This document shows positions 10,188 to 20,236 of a stretch of DNA of 64,000 nucleotides, piece after piece. Source of the stretch: Candidatus Zhuqueibacterota bacterium (GTDB taxonomy: Bacteria > Zhuqueibacterota > Zhuqueibacteria > Thermofontimicrobiales > Thermofontimicrobiaceae). Location: the NCBI GenBank assembly GCA_049322915.1, contig JBMOPW010000035.1, positions 171,629-235,628 of the forward strand, read 5' to 3'. The notes below the pieces were generated by a model that was not told where the DNA came from, did not search any database, and saw only the letters and a program-made list of their open reading frames with translations. The translations under genes and the position numbers were made by a program. Position 1 is the stretch's first letter. Each line of letters opens with the position of its first letter.

Positions 10188-11075
10188 TTGTCCGTAGAAA
10201 AACAGCCCATATCACCTGAGCTGGTCAATCAATTGATCATCTATCAAAAGGCAGAAATTACAGCGCATCATATTTACGCCAGGCTCGCTAACCGAACCCG
10301 GGACACTCAGAATCGCAAGCTGCTGAAATCCATTGCCAGCGATGAGTTGAAACATTACCGCATTCTGAAAAATCACACAGGGAAAGACGTCGGGCCGGAC
10401 CGGGCGAAAATCTTCCTGTTCGTCTGGCTCTCGCGTTTGCTTGGACTTACCTTTGGGCTGAAGCTGCTGGAAAAAGCCGAGGAGCAGGATCAGATGAATT
10501 ACCTGGGAGTCGAGCACCTGTTCCATGAAATGAAGCAGGTGCTCTTGGACGAGGAATCCCACGAACTGGAATTGCTCAATCTGATCAACGAGGAAAGCCT
10601 GTCCTATGTCGGGTCCATCGTGCTGGGCCTCAACGACGCGCTGGTGGAACTGACCGGCACCCTGGCCGGACTGACCTTTGCCTTTCAAAACACCCGGCTC
10701 ATCGCGCTTTCGGGCCTCATCACCGGCATTGCCGCCTCGCTATCCATGGCTGTTTCCGATTATCTCTCCAAGCGGGCCGAGGGCGGCGAGAAGAACGCGC
10801 TGAAGTCAGCCATCTACACCGGAATCGCCTACATCATCACCGTGGCGCTGCTGATTTCGCCGTACCTGTTCACTCAGAATTATTTTATCTGCCTGATCAT
10901 TGTGCTGAGTATCGCCGTGCTCATCATCCTGGCGTTCAACTTTTATCTCTCTGTGGCAAAAGACTATCCCTTCGCCAGACGCTTCTGGGAGATGGTCGCA
11001 CTGAGTCTGGGCGTTGCTGCGATTTCGTTCGGGATTGGCTACCTGCTGCGCGTCACCGTGGGAATTGATATCTGA
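10188..11075 (+). CDS. Ferritin/rubrerythrin-like domain fused to VIT1/CCC1 metal transporter
   Basis: ExxH motifs (DELKH, EESH), GSIVLGLNDALVE, SLSMAVSDYLS, ~5 TM helices; TTG start after GAGGAGG. Confidence 0.88.
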   Translation: MSVEKQPISPELVNQLIIYQKAEITAHHIYARLANRTRDTQNRKLLKSIASDELKHYRILKNHTGKDVGPDRAKIFLFVWLSRLLGLTFGLKLLEKAEEQDQMNYLGVEHLFHEMKQVLLDEESHELELLNLINEESLSYVGSIVLGLNDALVELTGTLAGLTFAFQNTRLIALSGLITGIAASLSMAVSDYLSKRAEGGEKNALKSAIYTGIAYIITVALLISPYLFTQNYFICLIIVLSIAVLIILAFNFYLSVAKDYPFARRFWEMVALSLGVAAISFGIGYLLRVTVGIDI

Positions 11076-11100
11076 GACGCGTGCGCGTAGCTGTGCAATG

Positions 11101-11425
11101 GTTCCGGGTTCAGCGTTCCCGGTTGGGGTTTTGGATCTGGTTGCGCGAAACATTTTTTATACTCAAATAGTCCATCATCAACTGTACGTTATCGTTAACC
11201 TTGAACCCTGAACGATGAACCTGTGAACGGTTGCGTGTACGCCGACCTTTCCAATTTAGTAACAATTGAAAAATGAAGTGAGTATTCAGCCACAAAGCTT
11301 TAACTGCTCAGGTTCTGGGTTTAAAGGTTCCTGGTTCAGGGTTAAAAAGAATATTCAAAATATAAATAACGAGAGGATTCTAACCTTGAACTTGGAACTC
11401 TGAACCAGCTAACCGGAGTCGTTAC
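11101..11425. repeat. Two pairs of inverted heptamer tandem arrays (GTTCNNG / AACNNTG)
   Basis: GTTCCGG-GTTCAGC-GTTCCCG (11101) vs AACCTTG-AACCCTG-AACGATG (11197); GGTTCTG..GGTTCAG-GGTT (11311) vs AACCTTG-AACTTGG-AACTCTG (11382). Confidence 0.75.
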
Positions 11426-11562
11426 ACATTGGTTGAAAAAAATTTATTGAATATCGCATTATAAGATTGAGTGAGAACATGGACGTCTTCAGTAACTTCG
11501 TAACCTGGTACCCTTGCGGCAATAATACATACCTCAACAGTAAAAAGTAAGTGAGGAGTCGA

Positions 11563-12546
11563 ATGAAACCTGTCAAACTGGGAATCATTGGCTGCGGCAT
11601 TGCGGCCAGGGAGTTGCATTGGCCGGCGCTGCAAAAGCTGAAGGACACGTTTGAAATCACCGCAGTCTGTAATCACACCGAGGCCAAGGCGAAAAGCTTT
11701 TCCGAACTGGTTGGCGGAGCGCCTTACGTACTGGATTATCGCGCCATGCTGCAAAACCCCGACGTGGAAGCCGTCGATATCATCCTGCCCATTCATCTGA
11801 ATTTTGAGGTGACGCGCGCAGCGCTGGACGCCGGCAAACATGTGCTCGTTGAGAAACCACTGGCCGCGCAACTGGCTCAGGCTAAAAAAATGGTCGCCGA
11901 TGAAAAAAATTACCCTCAGGTTAAAATGGTGGCGGAGAATTTCCGCTATCGATCCACATTCTTCAGGGTGAAAGAAATGCTGGCCAGCGGCGCCATTGGC
12001 AACCCATATTTCGTCTTCTGGAATGTCTGCTTCAAAGTCGACGAGCGGAACAAATACACCCACACTGCCTGGCGCATTCACCATCAGTATCCCGGCGGCT
12101 TTCTCACCGACGGCGGCGTGCACAACATCGCAGCCCTGCGATTCTGGTTCGGCGACATTATCTCCGGCCACGCCGTGACCAGAAGCGTCAACCGCGCCAT
12201 CGGCGAGTTGGACACGATGAGCCTGCAATTCCGAACCCAATCGAATATGACCGGCGTGCTCAACCTTTTCTTCAGCGCGAACGGGCATTTTGAAAATCGG
12301 ATCATCATTCTGGGCGCTTCCGGCAGCCTCATCATTGAGTCCAATACAATCAGGCTCAAACGCACCGGCGCCAACGATCTGGTTGAGACCATCGCCGATG
12401 ACGGAGGCTACATGGCCGAATTCGAGGATTTCTATGCAGCCATCAGGACCGGCCGCCTGCCGCTCAGCACATTTTCCGAAGCGTATCGCGATCTGGAAAT
12501 TATATTGACAGCGCTGGAATCATCGGCGCAGGACAGGAAATTTTAA
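11563..12546 (+). CDS. Gfo/Idh/MocA family oxidoreductase
   Basis: GIIGCGIA, GKHVLVEKP, GGFLTDGGVH; ATG after GAGGAG. Confidence 0.92.
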   Translation: MKPVKLGIIGCGIAARELHWPALQKLKDTFEITAVCNHTEAKAKSFSELVGGAPYVLDYRAMLQNPDVEAVDIILPIHLNFEVTRAALDAGKHVLVEKPLAAQLAQAKKMVADEKNYPQVKMVAENFRYRSTFFRVKEMLASGAIGNPYFVFWNVCFKVDERNKYTHTAWRIHHQYPGGFLTDGGVHNIAALRFWFGDIISGHAVTRSVNRAIGELDTMSLQFRTQSNMTGVLNLFFSANGHFENRIIILGASGSLIIESNTIRLKRTGANDLVETIADDGGYMAEFEDFYAAIRTGRLPLSTFSEAYRDLEIILTALESSAQDRKF

Positions 12547-12603
12547 TTCTAACGAATGTGCCCCGCCGGGCTCGGGACCCTCACTTTTCAGGAAAGGACA
12601 ATT

Positions 12604-12879
12604 ATGGAAAAAATAAAAATCGAACATCATCCTGATGCAAAACAACTTGAAGAAATGGGAGTGTTTCAATGGCCGATCTGGGAGAAAGAAGCGTCGGAAT
12701 TTCCCTGGTTTTATGACGAACCGGAAGTGTGCTATTTTTTAGACGGGGATGTCACGGTGACGCCGGTCGACGGCGCACCGGTAACATTTGGAAAAGGCGA
12801 TCTTGTCAGATTCCCGCGGGGACTTTCCTGCACCTGGAAAATCAGGAAAGACGTGAGGAAGCATTATCAATTTGGTTAG
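12604..12879 (+). CDS. Cupin protein (DUF861/EutQ-like)
   Basis: WPIWEKE, EVCYFLDG, GKGDLVRFPRG..CTW...VRKHY. Confidence 0.85.
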   Translation: MEKIKIEHHPDAKQLEEMGVFQWPIWEKEASEFPWFYDEPEVCYFLDGDVTVTPVDGAPVTFGKGDLVRFPRGLSCTWKIRKDVRKHYQFG

Positions 12880-13050
12880 CAGCGCTTGTTCAAAACGCGC
12901 TGCTGATTCGTCGCGCTTTTCAAGCAGCGTTGCGAGCCAAACCGACTTTGGAGCAACGACACATCGCCATTGTTCCTTGAACGCGGACTCTCTTCGAAAA
13001 CACACATACATCCGCTCCGATCATGCTATTTCATCGCGAAAGGAAATTTC

Positions 13051-13683
13051 ATGTCTCAGAAACTCTGCCCCAAAATTATCATTGAAGGCACCCGACTCAC
13101 ATTCAAAACAGAGATAGCGTTTGCCCTGAACGAGCATCCCCGAATCGTCGGGCCGCGCAAATATCGCTACCACTCCCCCCTTGTTTCGGCGGAGTGGTGC
13201 GCATTCACCAATTTTCCCTGGGGCCGCGGACTCATTAACTTTGAACCGCACGAAGAAGCGAAGGCCATGGAAACCTATGCCACCTGGATTCGCCTGTTCG
13301 AACTGCTGAAATACTACTCGTGGATCGTGGATCGCTTCCATATTTCCACGCGTATGTACCAACTGCAGGCCCACGGTAAAAACTATGACTTCACCTGGCT
13401 GGAGCAGCGACTCCACGCTCTGGGCTTTGTCCTCATCTTTTGCACCCGCACCCCGGAATCATTTCATCAGGCCCGCGCCGAACGACTCAAAGTCTCTGGC
13501 AAGCCGTCCCAATACGACGATCTGAACATCTTCATCGAAGAGCAGAAATTACTGCGCCAGTTGGTGAGCCAGACCATCCTGCCGTGCTTCGAACTGGATA
13601 TTTCGGACAATAGCGTGCCCGACGCCGTTGACCGCATTGCCGAATGGATGGAACAAACCGGCGCTCTTTACGCGCGGGACTGA
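13051..13683 (+). CDS. Hypothetical protein, thymidylate-kinase-like P-loop fold
   Basis: IIIEGTRLTFKT and WIVDRFHIS motifs; RBS AAGGA. Confidence 0.6.
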   Translation: MSQKLCPKIIIEGTRLTFKTEIAFALNEHPRIVGPRKYRYHSPLVSAEWCAFTNFPWGRGLINFEPHEEAKAMETYATWIRLFELLKYYSWIVDRFHISTRMYQLQAHGKNYDFTWLEQRLHALGFVLIFCTRTPESFHQARAERLKVSGKPSQYDDLNIFIEEQKLLRQLVSQTILPCFELDISDNSVPDAVDRIAEWMEQTGALYARD

Positions 13684-14129
13684 AATGTCAGGGTTTGTTA
13701 AATTTATCCTTGCATAAACCAGTTTTTTTTCCGATATTAAGCCTCAAATCTCAGTCCGCTCGTTTGAAAAGAGAACAGTTGAATAGCCATGGATTCCGAA
13801 CTCGGGACGAACTGGCTACACGCTGGCCAACATAATGCTCAGTCCAAAAGCGCTAGCCGGCACTGGTATTCATTCGATTCGCGCAACAGAGAGCATTCGC
13901 GGTCTGTGCCTGCCCTGCCATTTTTCAGTAACATCGTGCATCTGTTGAAATGAAATGCCGGGACAGCGCCAAATTTGGCGTGAGCACGTCAGACAGAAAC
14001 GCCACGGATTGGTCAGCCCGACTGGCTCACGGATCCGACTTTCCAAAAGCGTTGCTGAACGGTTCCCAGACCAGTCACAAAATCAATACCCTTTGTTGAT
14101 AGTGACATTCACAAAACAAGGAGGGAGCG

Positions 14130-16757
14130 ATGGTAAAAATTTTAAAACTGTTTCTGATAATTTTTTTATTAGGGAGGGTGAACTGCATGAATCAAGGCCC
14201 GGATTATAAAAACACCTCGTTATCGCTGGAGAGGCGCGTCGATGATCTCATCAGCCGGATGACATTGGAAGAAAAAGTATCGCAAATGAAATACAACGCG
14301 CCGGCCATCGACAGGCTGGAAATTCCAGAGTACAACTGGTGGAGCGAATGTCTGCATGGCGTGGCTCGCGCCGGTATTGCCACTGTTTTTCCCCAGTCCA
14401 TCGGGTTGGCAGCGACGTGGAATACCGATCTGATGCTGCAGGTAGCGACTGTCACTTCCACGGAGGCGCGCGCCAAATACCACGAATTCGTCCGTAACAA
14501 TGAACGCGGCATTTACCAGGGACTCACGTTCTGGTCGCCCAACGTCAACATTTTTCGCGATCCCCGCTGGGGTCGTGGACAGGAGACGTACGGCGAGGAT
14601 CCCTTCCTCACAGCGCGGATGGGAGTCGCGTTCGTAAAAGGCTTGCAGGGCGATGATCCCAGATACCTCAAATTGGTGGCGACTCCGAAGCATTACGCCG
14701 TGCACAGCGGGCCGGAGCCGGATCGCCATACCTTCAATGCCGTCACCAGCGAGCAGGATCTGCACGAAACCTATCTGCCGGCCTTCAAAGCCACTGTCGT
14801 TGAAGCGAAGGCGTTCTCCGTGATGGGTGCCTACAACCGCTACATGGGCGAATCCTGCTGCGCCAGCGATAAATTGCTCCAGAAAATTTTGCGGGATGAA
14901 TGGGGATTCGATGGCTACGTTGTTTCGGACTGCGGCGCTATTTATGATATTTACGCCCGTCACAACATCGTGAAAACTCCGCAGGAGGCGGTTGCGCTGG
15001 CAGTGAAACGCGGCTGCGAACTCAATTGCGGGAACGAATACCCCCATCTGGTTGAAGCAGTGCAACAAGGCTTGATCAGTGAGAAAGACATCGACGTGGC
15101 TGTGAAGCGGTTATTCACTGCCCGCTTCCGTCTGGGCATGTTCGACCCGGACGACATGGTGCCCTATGCCCGCATTCCCTACGAAAAAAATGACTGCCCG
15201 GAGCACAGCCAGTTGGCGCTCAAAGCAGCGCAGGAATCCATTGTTCTGTTGAAGAACGATGACAATATTCTGCCGTTGAGAAAGGACATCAAATCCATTG
15301 CGGTCATTGGGCCCAACGCCAAAGAGGTGGAGGTGATGTCAGGCAATTATAATGGCACACCATCGCACCCGGTCACCGCGCTGGACGGCATCAAAGCGAA
15401 AGTATCGTCGGCGACAAAGGTCGGCTTTGCAAAGGGATGCGAACTGGTCTATCCGGCGACTGTGCCTTTGCGCACCATCCCGGCATCGGCGTTGAAACCA
15501 CCAAAAGGATATGAATCGCAGAAAGGGTTGCGCGGCGAATATTTCAATAACAGGAATCTCGAGGGTCAACCGGATACAATTAAATACGATCAGGCACTCG
15601 ACTATGTCTGGCGCGAAGATCCGCCAGCGCCAGGGATTAACAAAGACAATTATTCTGTCCGCTGGACAGGCGTTCTGATTCCGCCCGTTTCCGGGGAGTA
15701 CACCATCGGCGTTACCGGCGATGATGGCATCCGGCTTTACATCGACGAGACGCTTCTGTTTGAAGACTGGACAGATCACGCCCCGACCACCATCAAGAAA
15801 GACATCACGTTGAAAAAAGGTCAACGGTACTCGATAAAAATTGAATATTATGAAAATGCCGGCGGCGCCACCATCAAGCTGGGCTGGATTAAGCCCAATG
15901 ATTTGAAAGACTACTACAAAGCGCTTGACGACGATTTCCAGGCAGCAGTGAAATTAGCGGCACAATCGGACGTCGTGGTCTTTGTAGGCGGAATTTCCCC
16001 GCGGCTTGAAGGCGAAGAAATGAACGTGGATGCCAAAGGCTTCTCCGGCGGCGATCGAACCGATATCAACTTGCCCGACTTTCAGGAGCGACTATTGCAA
16101 GCGCTGCACCAGACCGGCCAACCGGTGGTTCTGGTTTTGATGAACGGCAGTGCGCTGGCAGTGAACTGGGCAGATAAAAATATTCCGGCCATCGTCGAAG
16201 CGTGGTATCCGGGACAGGCTGGTGGAACAGCCATCGCGGATGTGCTCTTTGGCGACTACAACCCGGCCGGCAGGCTGCCGGTGACCTTTTACAAATCCGT
16301 GGACCAGCTCCCGCCTTTCGATGATTATAACATGGCCAATCGAACTTATCGCTATTTCACCGGCTCGCCGCTGTATTCGTTCGGATTTGGCCTGAGTTAC
16401 ACGACATTCCACTACAGCGAATTGAAACTCTCGGCCGAAACAATCGAGCGCGATGAACAATTCACCATCTCTGTCGACGTGGAAAATAGCGGTGAAATCG
16501 CTGGCGATGAAGTCGTGCAGCTTTACGTGACCGATAAAGAATGCAGCATGCCCACGCCACTCAAATCGCTGAAGGGATTCCAGCGGTTGTATCTGAAGCC
16601 CGGCGAGAAGAAGAAAGTGACGTTCACACTTGACGCAGAACAGCTCGCCTGCTACGATGAGCGTCAGGGCTGGATGGTGGAACCGGGCGAATTCGAGATC
16701 ATGGTGGGCGGCAATTCCAATACTGGCAAAAAAGCGATAATCACCATTGTCAAATAA
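14130..16757 (+). CDS. GH3 beta-glycosidase (xylosidase/glucosidase) with PA14 insert and Fn3-like C-terminal domain
   Basis: RDPRWGRGQETYGED, PKHY, VSDCGAI nucleophile, GDDGIRL (PA14), AWYPGQAGG, FGFGLSYT. Confidence 0.95.
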   Translation: MVKILKLFLIIFLLGRVNCMNQGPDYKNTSLSLERRVDDLISRMTLEEKVSQMKYNAPAIDRLEIPEYNWWSECLHGVARAGIATVFPQSIGLAATWNTDLMLQVATVTSTEARAKYHEFVRNNERGIYQGLTFWSPNVNIFRDPRWGRGQETYGEDPFLTARMGVAFVKGLQGDDPRYLKLVATPKHYAVHSGPEPDRHTFNAVTSEQDLHETYLPAFKATVVEAKAFSVMGAYNRYMGESCCASDKLLQKILRDEWGFDGYVVSDCGAIYDIYARHNIVKTPQEAVALAVKRGCELNCGNEYPHLVEAVQQGLISEKDIDVAVKRLFTARFRLGMFDPDDMVPYARIPYEKNDCPEHSQLALKAAQESIVLLKNDDNILPLRKDIKSIAVIGPNAKEVEVMSGNYNGTPSHPVTALDGIKAKVSSATKVGFAKGCELVYPATVPLRTIPASALKPPKGYESQKGLRGEYFNNRNLEGQPDTIKYDQALDYVWREDPPAPGINKDNYSVRWTGVLIPPVSGEYTIGVTGDDGIRLYIDETLLFEDWTDHAPTTIKKDITLKKGQRYSIKIEYYENAGGATIKLGWIKPNDLKDYYKALDDDFQAAVKLAAQSDVVVFVGGISPRLEGEEMNVDAKGFSGGDRTDINLPDFQERLLQALHQTGQPVVLVLMNGSALAVNWADKNIPAIVEAWYPGQAGGTAIADVLFGDYNPAGRLPVTFYKSVDQLPPFDDYNMANRTYRYFTGSPLYSFGFGLSYTTFHYSELKLSAETIERDEQFTISVDVENSGEIAGDEVVQLYVTDKECSMPTPLKSLKGFQRLYLKPGEKKKVTFTLDAEQLACYDERQGWMVEPGEFEIMVGGNSNTGKKAIITIVK

Positions 16758-16877
16758 TTGATGATTCGCACCTGGTGTGCGAACAAACTTACTGCGGTTC
16801 CATGGCTGGAATCGGTTCATCCCTTTTCAGCCGTGGACACGCGGTTGTCCGGCATTTGTCTCAGAAAAGGACTTGAA

Positions 16878-19391
16878 ATGAAACGACTCTGTTCGTTATT
16901 GGCAATTCACCTGTTCATTTTTTCACTTTCTCAAATCGTGTCATTCGCCCAGGAAAACGTGGTGACCCTGGCCACCTGTTCGATCACCCAAACCGCTCCG
17001 ACTTACAGCCAGCCACTGTTCAGCGTTGATGCGATTGAAGAAATGCTCGTCACCGGCCAATGGGTTGCGCCGACGGAAGAAATGAATCATGGCGTTGATA
17101 CAGATTCATCCCTGCACTGGATTCCGAAATCAATCGATGAACGCGGCTGGTTCAACGACGATGCCTTGCACGGCGGGTACGCCTTTTTTTCTGTGGACAT
17201 GGATACGGATCAAATCGTTCTGCTGGAAGGAATGGGGCACGATATGGTTTACATCAACGGTGTGCCTCACGGCGGGAATCGTTACCAGAACAAAGAACAG
17301 TTCGAACTGTGGGAGCCCAATTTCAATTTTTCACTCATTCCCGTGCATCTGAACCAGGGCAAAAATGAACTTGTCTTCCAGTGCTCGCGCGGACGGCTGA
17401 AAGTGAAATTACACCACATCGGGGAAAGCATTCTTTTCAACAGTAAAGACAGGACATTGCCCGACCTCATGGCTGGCGAATCGATTGACACGTGGGGTGC
17501 GATTGTTGTGGTCAATGCCACCCACCATCCGCTGAAAAATTATCTCCTCGCCTGCTCATTAGAAAATGGCCTTTTCGGAGAGACGCCTGTGCCAATCATT
17601 CAGCCCATGAGCACTCGCAAGATCGGTTTCCGAATTCAGGGAAAGGCGTCGGCCGAACCCGGCGAAGAAAAAGTCGAACTGAAACTATTCAATCCCAACA
17701 ATTCAGACAAAACCACATCGGCGCGCTGCACCCTTTCGTTGAATCGGGTATCGCCCTTGCAAACGCACAAACGCACCTTCATCAGCAGCATCGACGGCAG
17801 TGTTCAGTATTTTGCAGTGAATCCGGCCCGGGCTGCCGGGAGTGAACCGGCCGCGCTGTTCCTTTCAGCGCATGGCGCGTCCGTGGAAGCCATTAACCAG
17901 GCGAATGCGTACGAAGGAAAATCGTGGGGACATATTGTTGCACCGACGAATCGCCGTCCATTTGGGTTCAACTGGGAAGACTGGGGTCGCCTGGACGCTA
18001 TGGAAGTGCTGGGCATCGCCGCGGAGACGCTGCAAATTGATCCGGCGCGGATCTATTTAACCGGTCATTCCATGGGCGGACACGGCGCATGGCATCTGGG
18101 CGTGACTTTCCCGGATCAATTCGCCGCCATCGGCCCCAGCGCCGGATGGATCAGCTTCTGGTCCTATCGCATTCGCGAAAGTCTGACGCCAATTTCTCCC
18201 ATGACCAAAATGCTCAATCGCGCCACGTCGCCCAGCAATACCTTTGCTTTGGCGGAAAATTTAAAACCCATTGGCGTGTACATCCTTCACGGCGCCGTGG
18301 ACGACAATGTTCCGGCAGACCAGGCCCGGCAGATGAGCGACAGCCTGAGCACATTTCACAAGGATTTCATTTATCACGAGGAGCCTGGCGTCAGCCACTG
18401 GTGGGACAACTCCGACGAGCCCGGCACAGATTGCGTGGATTGGGCACCGATGTTTGACTTTTTTGCCCATCATGCGCGGCCGCAAAATGACATGGTTCGA
18501 GAGATTGAATTTATAACCGCCAATCCCGGCATTTCAGCCAAAAATTACTGGCTGACAATCGAAGCCCAACAGAGGCAGTTGGAATTCAGTTCCGCCCGAA
18601 TTCAGCTCTACCCGGGCAAACGGCAATTCATCGGCACGACTTCGAACATCGCCCGAATGACGCTGGATGTGTCATTCCTCGAACCGAATCGATCAGTCGC
18701 CGTGAATCTGGACGGACAGGACATCGCGACGATCGCGTGGCCGGCGCAATCGAAAAAAATTGTGCTGGTGAACCGGGCGAATGCCTGGAGCGTCAGCGCC
18801 GAATCGAGCCGTTCCGAAAAAGGACCGCATCGCTATGGCACATTCAAGGATGCGTTCAAAAATCGCTTCGTTTTTGTCTACTCCACCCAGGGCGCAGAAG
18901 CGGAGAATCAGTGGGCATTCAACAAAGCCCGATTTGACGCGGAACAGTTCTGGTATCAGGGCAATGGCTCCGTGGATATTTTATCTGATATGGAATTCGA
19001 TCCGGCTCAGGACACAGATCGGAATGTCATTCTCTACGGCAACGCAACGACCAATGCAGCCTGGAACAAGGTGCTGGACAAATCAGAGGTCGAGATGAGC
19101 GCCGGCCGCATGAAACTCGGCGACCATGTTTTCAAAGGGGATGACGTGGCCTGTCTGATGATTCGTCCCCGAAAAGGGAGCGACATCGCCAGCGTGGGAA
19201 TCGTCGGCGGCACAGGGATCAAAGGGATGAAGCTCACCAATGCGCGACGGTATTTGTTCCCGGGATATGCCTTCCCGGACTGCGTCATTTTTTCAACCGA
19301 TATTTTCGAAAAGAGAATCGATGGCGTGCTGGCCGCCGGATTTTTTGGCCTGGACTGGAGCGTGAAGAATGGAGATTTTGTAGCCCGTTAG
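16878..19391 (+). CDS. Secreted multidomain alpha/beta hydrolase (S9/esterase-like)
   Basis: Signal peptide, HGA, RIYLTGHSMGG nucleophile elbow, LHGAVDDNV, SHWW. Confidence 0.8.
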   Translation: MKRLCSLLAIHLFIFSLSQIVSFAQENVVTLATCSITQTAPTYSQPLFSVDAIEEMLVTGQWVAPTEEMNHGVDTDSSLHWIPKSIDERGWFNDDALHGGYAFFSVDMDTDQIVLLEGMGHDMVYINGVPHGGNRYQNKEQFELWEPNFNFSLIPVHLNQGKNELVFQCSRGRLKVKLHHIGESILFNSKDRTLPDLMAGESIDTWGAIVVVNATHHPLKNYLLACSLENGLFGETPVPIIQPMSTRKIGFRIQGKASAEPGEEKVELKLFNPNNSDKTTSARCTLSLNRVSPLQTHKRTFISSIDGSVQYFAVNPARAAGSEPAALFLSAHGASVEAINQANAYEGKSWGHIVAPTNRRPFGFNWEDWGRLDAMEVLGIAAETLQIDPARIYLTGHSMGGHGAWHLGVTFPDQFAAIGPSAGWISFWSYRIRESLTPISPMTKMLNRATSPSNTFALAENLKPIGVYILHGAVDDNVPADQARQMSDSLSTFHKDFIYHEEPGVSHWWDNSDEPGTDCVDWAPMFDFFAHHARPQNDMVREIEFITANPGISAKNYWLTIEAQQRQLEFSSARIQLYPGKRQFIGTTSNIARMTLDVSFLEPNRSVAVNLDGQDIATIAWPAQSKKIVLVNRANAWSVSAESSRSEKGPHRYGTFKDAFKNRFVFVYSTQGAEAENQWAFNKARFDAEQFWYQGNGSVDILSDMEFDPAQDTDRNVILYGNATTNAAWNKVLDKSEVEMSAGRMKLGDHVFKGDDVACLMIRPRKGSDIASVGIVGGTGIKGMKLTNARRYLFPGYAFPDCVIFSTDIFEKRIDGVLAAGFFGLDWSVKNGDFVAR

Positions 19392-19493
19392 CGAATCGGT
19401 CCGGCGTGCGCCCACTATCGGAGATAGAAGATGTGCAAATCAAGGTGAGCGACGCTGACAAGGCGTAGAACATAAGATTTTCGGAGAATTCCA

Positions 19494-19904
19494 ATGAACG
19501 CAGAAGATACTCGATGGATACAGCGATACAAGCATTTTGAAAAGGCATTGAGCCAATTAAAGAAATTCATCGAGAAAGGCGAGTTGAATGACCTCGAAAA
19601 ACAGGGATTAATCCAGGCGTTTGAATATACTTATGAATTAGCCTGGAATACGATGAAAGATTATTTCGAAGATCAGGGTGAGACCGGCATTTACGGCAGT
19701 CGTGATGCCTTTCGCCTGGCATTCAGACGAGGGTTGATTGGAGATGGGAAAACATGGATGAATATGATTCAGAGCAGAACTCTAACGACCCATACGTACA
19801 ACGAAGATATTGCCGAAGAAGTATGCGCCGATATTGTAAAGAAATATTACCCCGAATTCGTTGCGATCAGAGACAAATTGTATAAAATTATAGACAAGGA
19901 CTAA
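19494..19904 (+). CDS. HEPN protein, HI0074-family nucleotidyltransferase substrate-binding subunit
   Basis: GLIQAFEYTYELAW and RTLTTHTY (RX4HXY) motif. Confidence 0.9.
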   Translation: MNAEDTRWIQRYKHFEKALSQLKKFIEKGELNDLEKQGLIQAFEYTYELAWNTMKDYFEDQGETGIYGSRDAFRLAFRRGLIGDGKTWMNMIQSRTLTTHTYNEDIAEEVCADIVKKYYPEFVAIRDKLYKIIDKD

Positions 19905-19906
19905 GC

Positions 19907-20236
19907 ATGTCCCGTTTTGGGCTTGAGGAAAGCGATATCCGGGCCATCTGTGGCGTGTTAGCCAACTACCCGCAGGTAGAACAAGCCGTGCTCTATGGCT
20001 CACGTGCCAAAGGTAACTATAAAAATGGCTCTGATATTGATTTGACACTGCGCGGTGGGGCTGACCTAACGCTGACCGTGCTGTACCAGATCATGAACGA
20101 AATAGACGATCTGCTCCTGCCGTACATGATCGATCTGTCACTCTTCAGCCAGCTCCACGATTCAGATGTGCTTGACCACATTCAGCGCGCAGGAGTGGCG
20201 TTTTATGAAAAAGCAGCCATGAAAAATCATGTCTGA
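19907..20236 (+). CDS. Minimal nucleotidyltransferase (MNT) antitoxin
   Basis: LYGSRAKGNYKNGSDIDL (GSX10DXD), LPYMIDL. Confidence 0.9.
   Translation: MSRFGLEESDIRAICGVLANYPQVEQAVLYGSRAKGNYKNGSDIDLTLRGGADLTLTVLYQIMNEIDDLLLPYMIDLSLFSQLHDSDVLDHIQRAGVAFYEKAAMKNHV

Noticed and set aside
11101..11425. Possible CRISPR array
   Set aside because: Repeats are 7-bp degenerate tandem units with no unique spacers, and no cas genes are present
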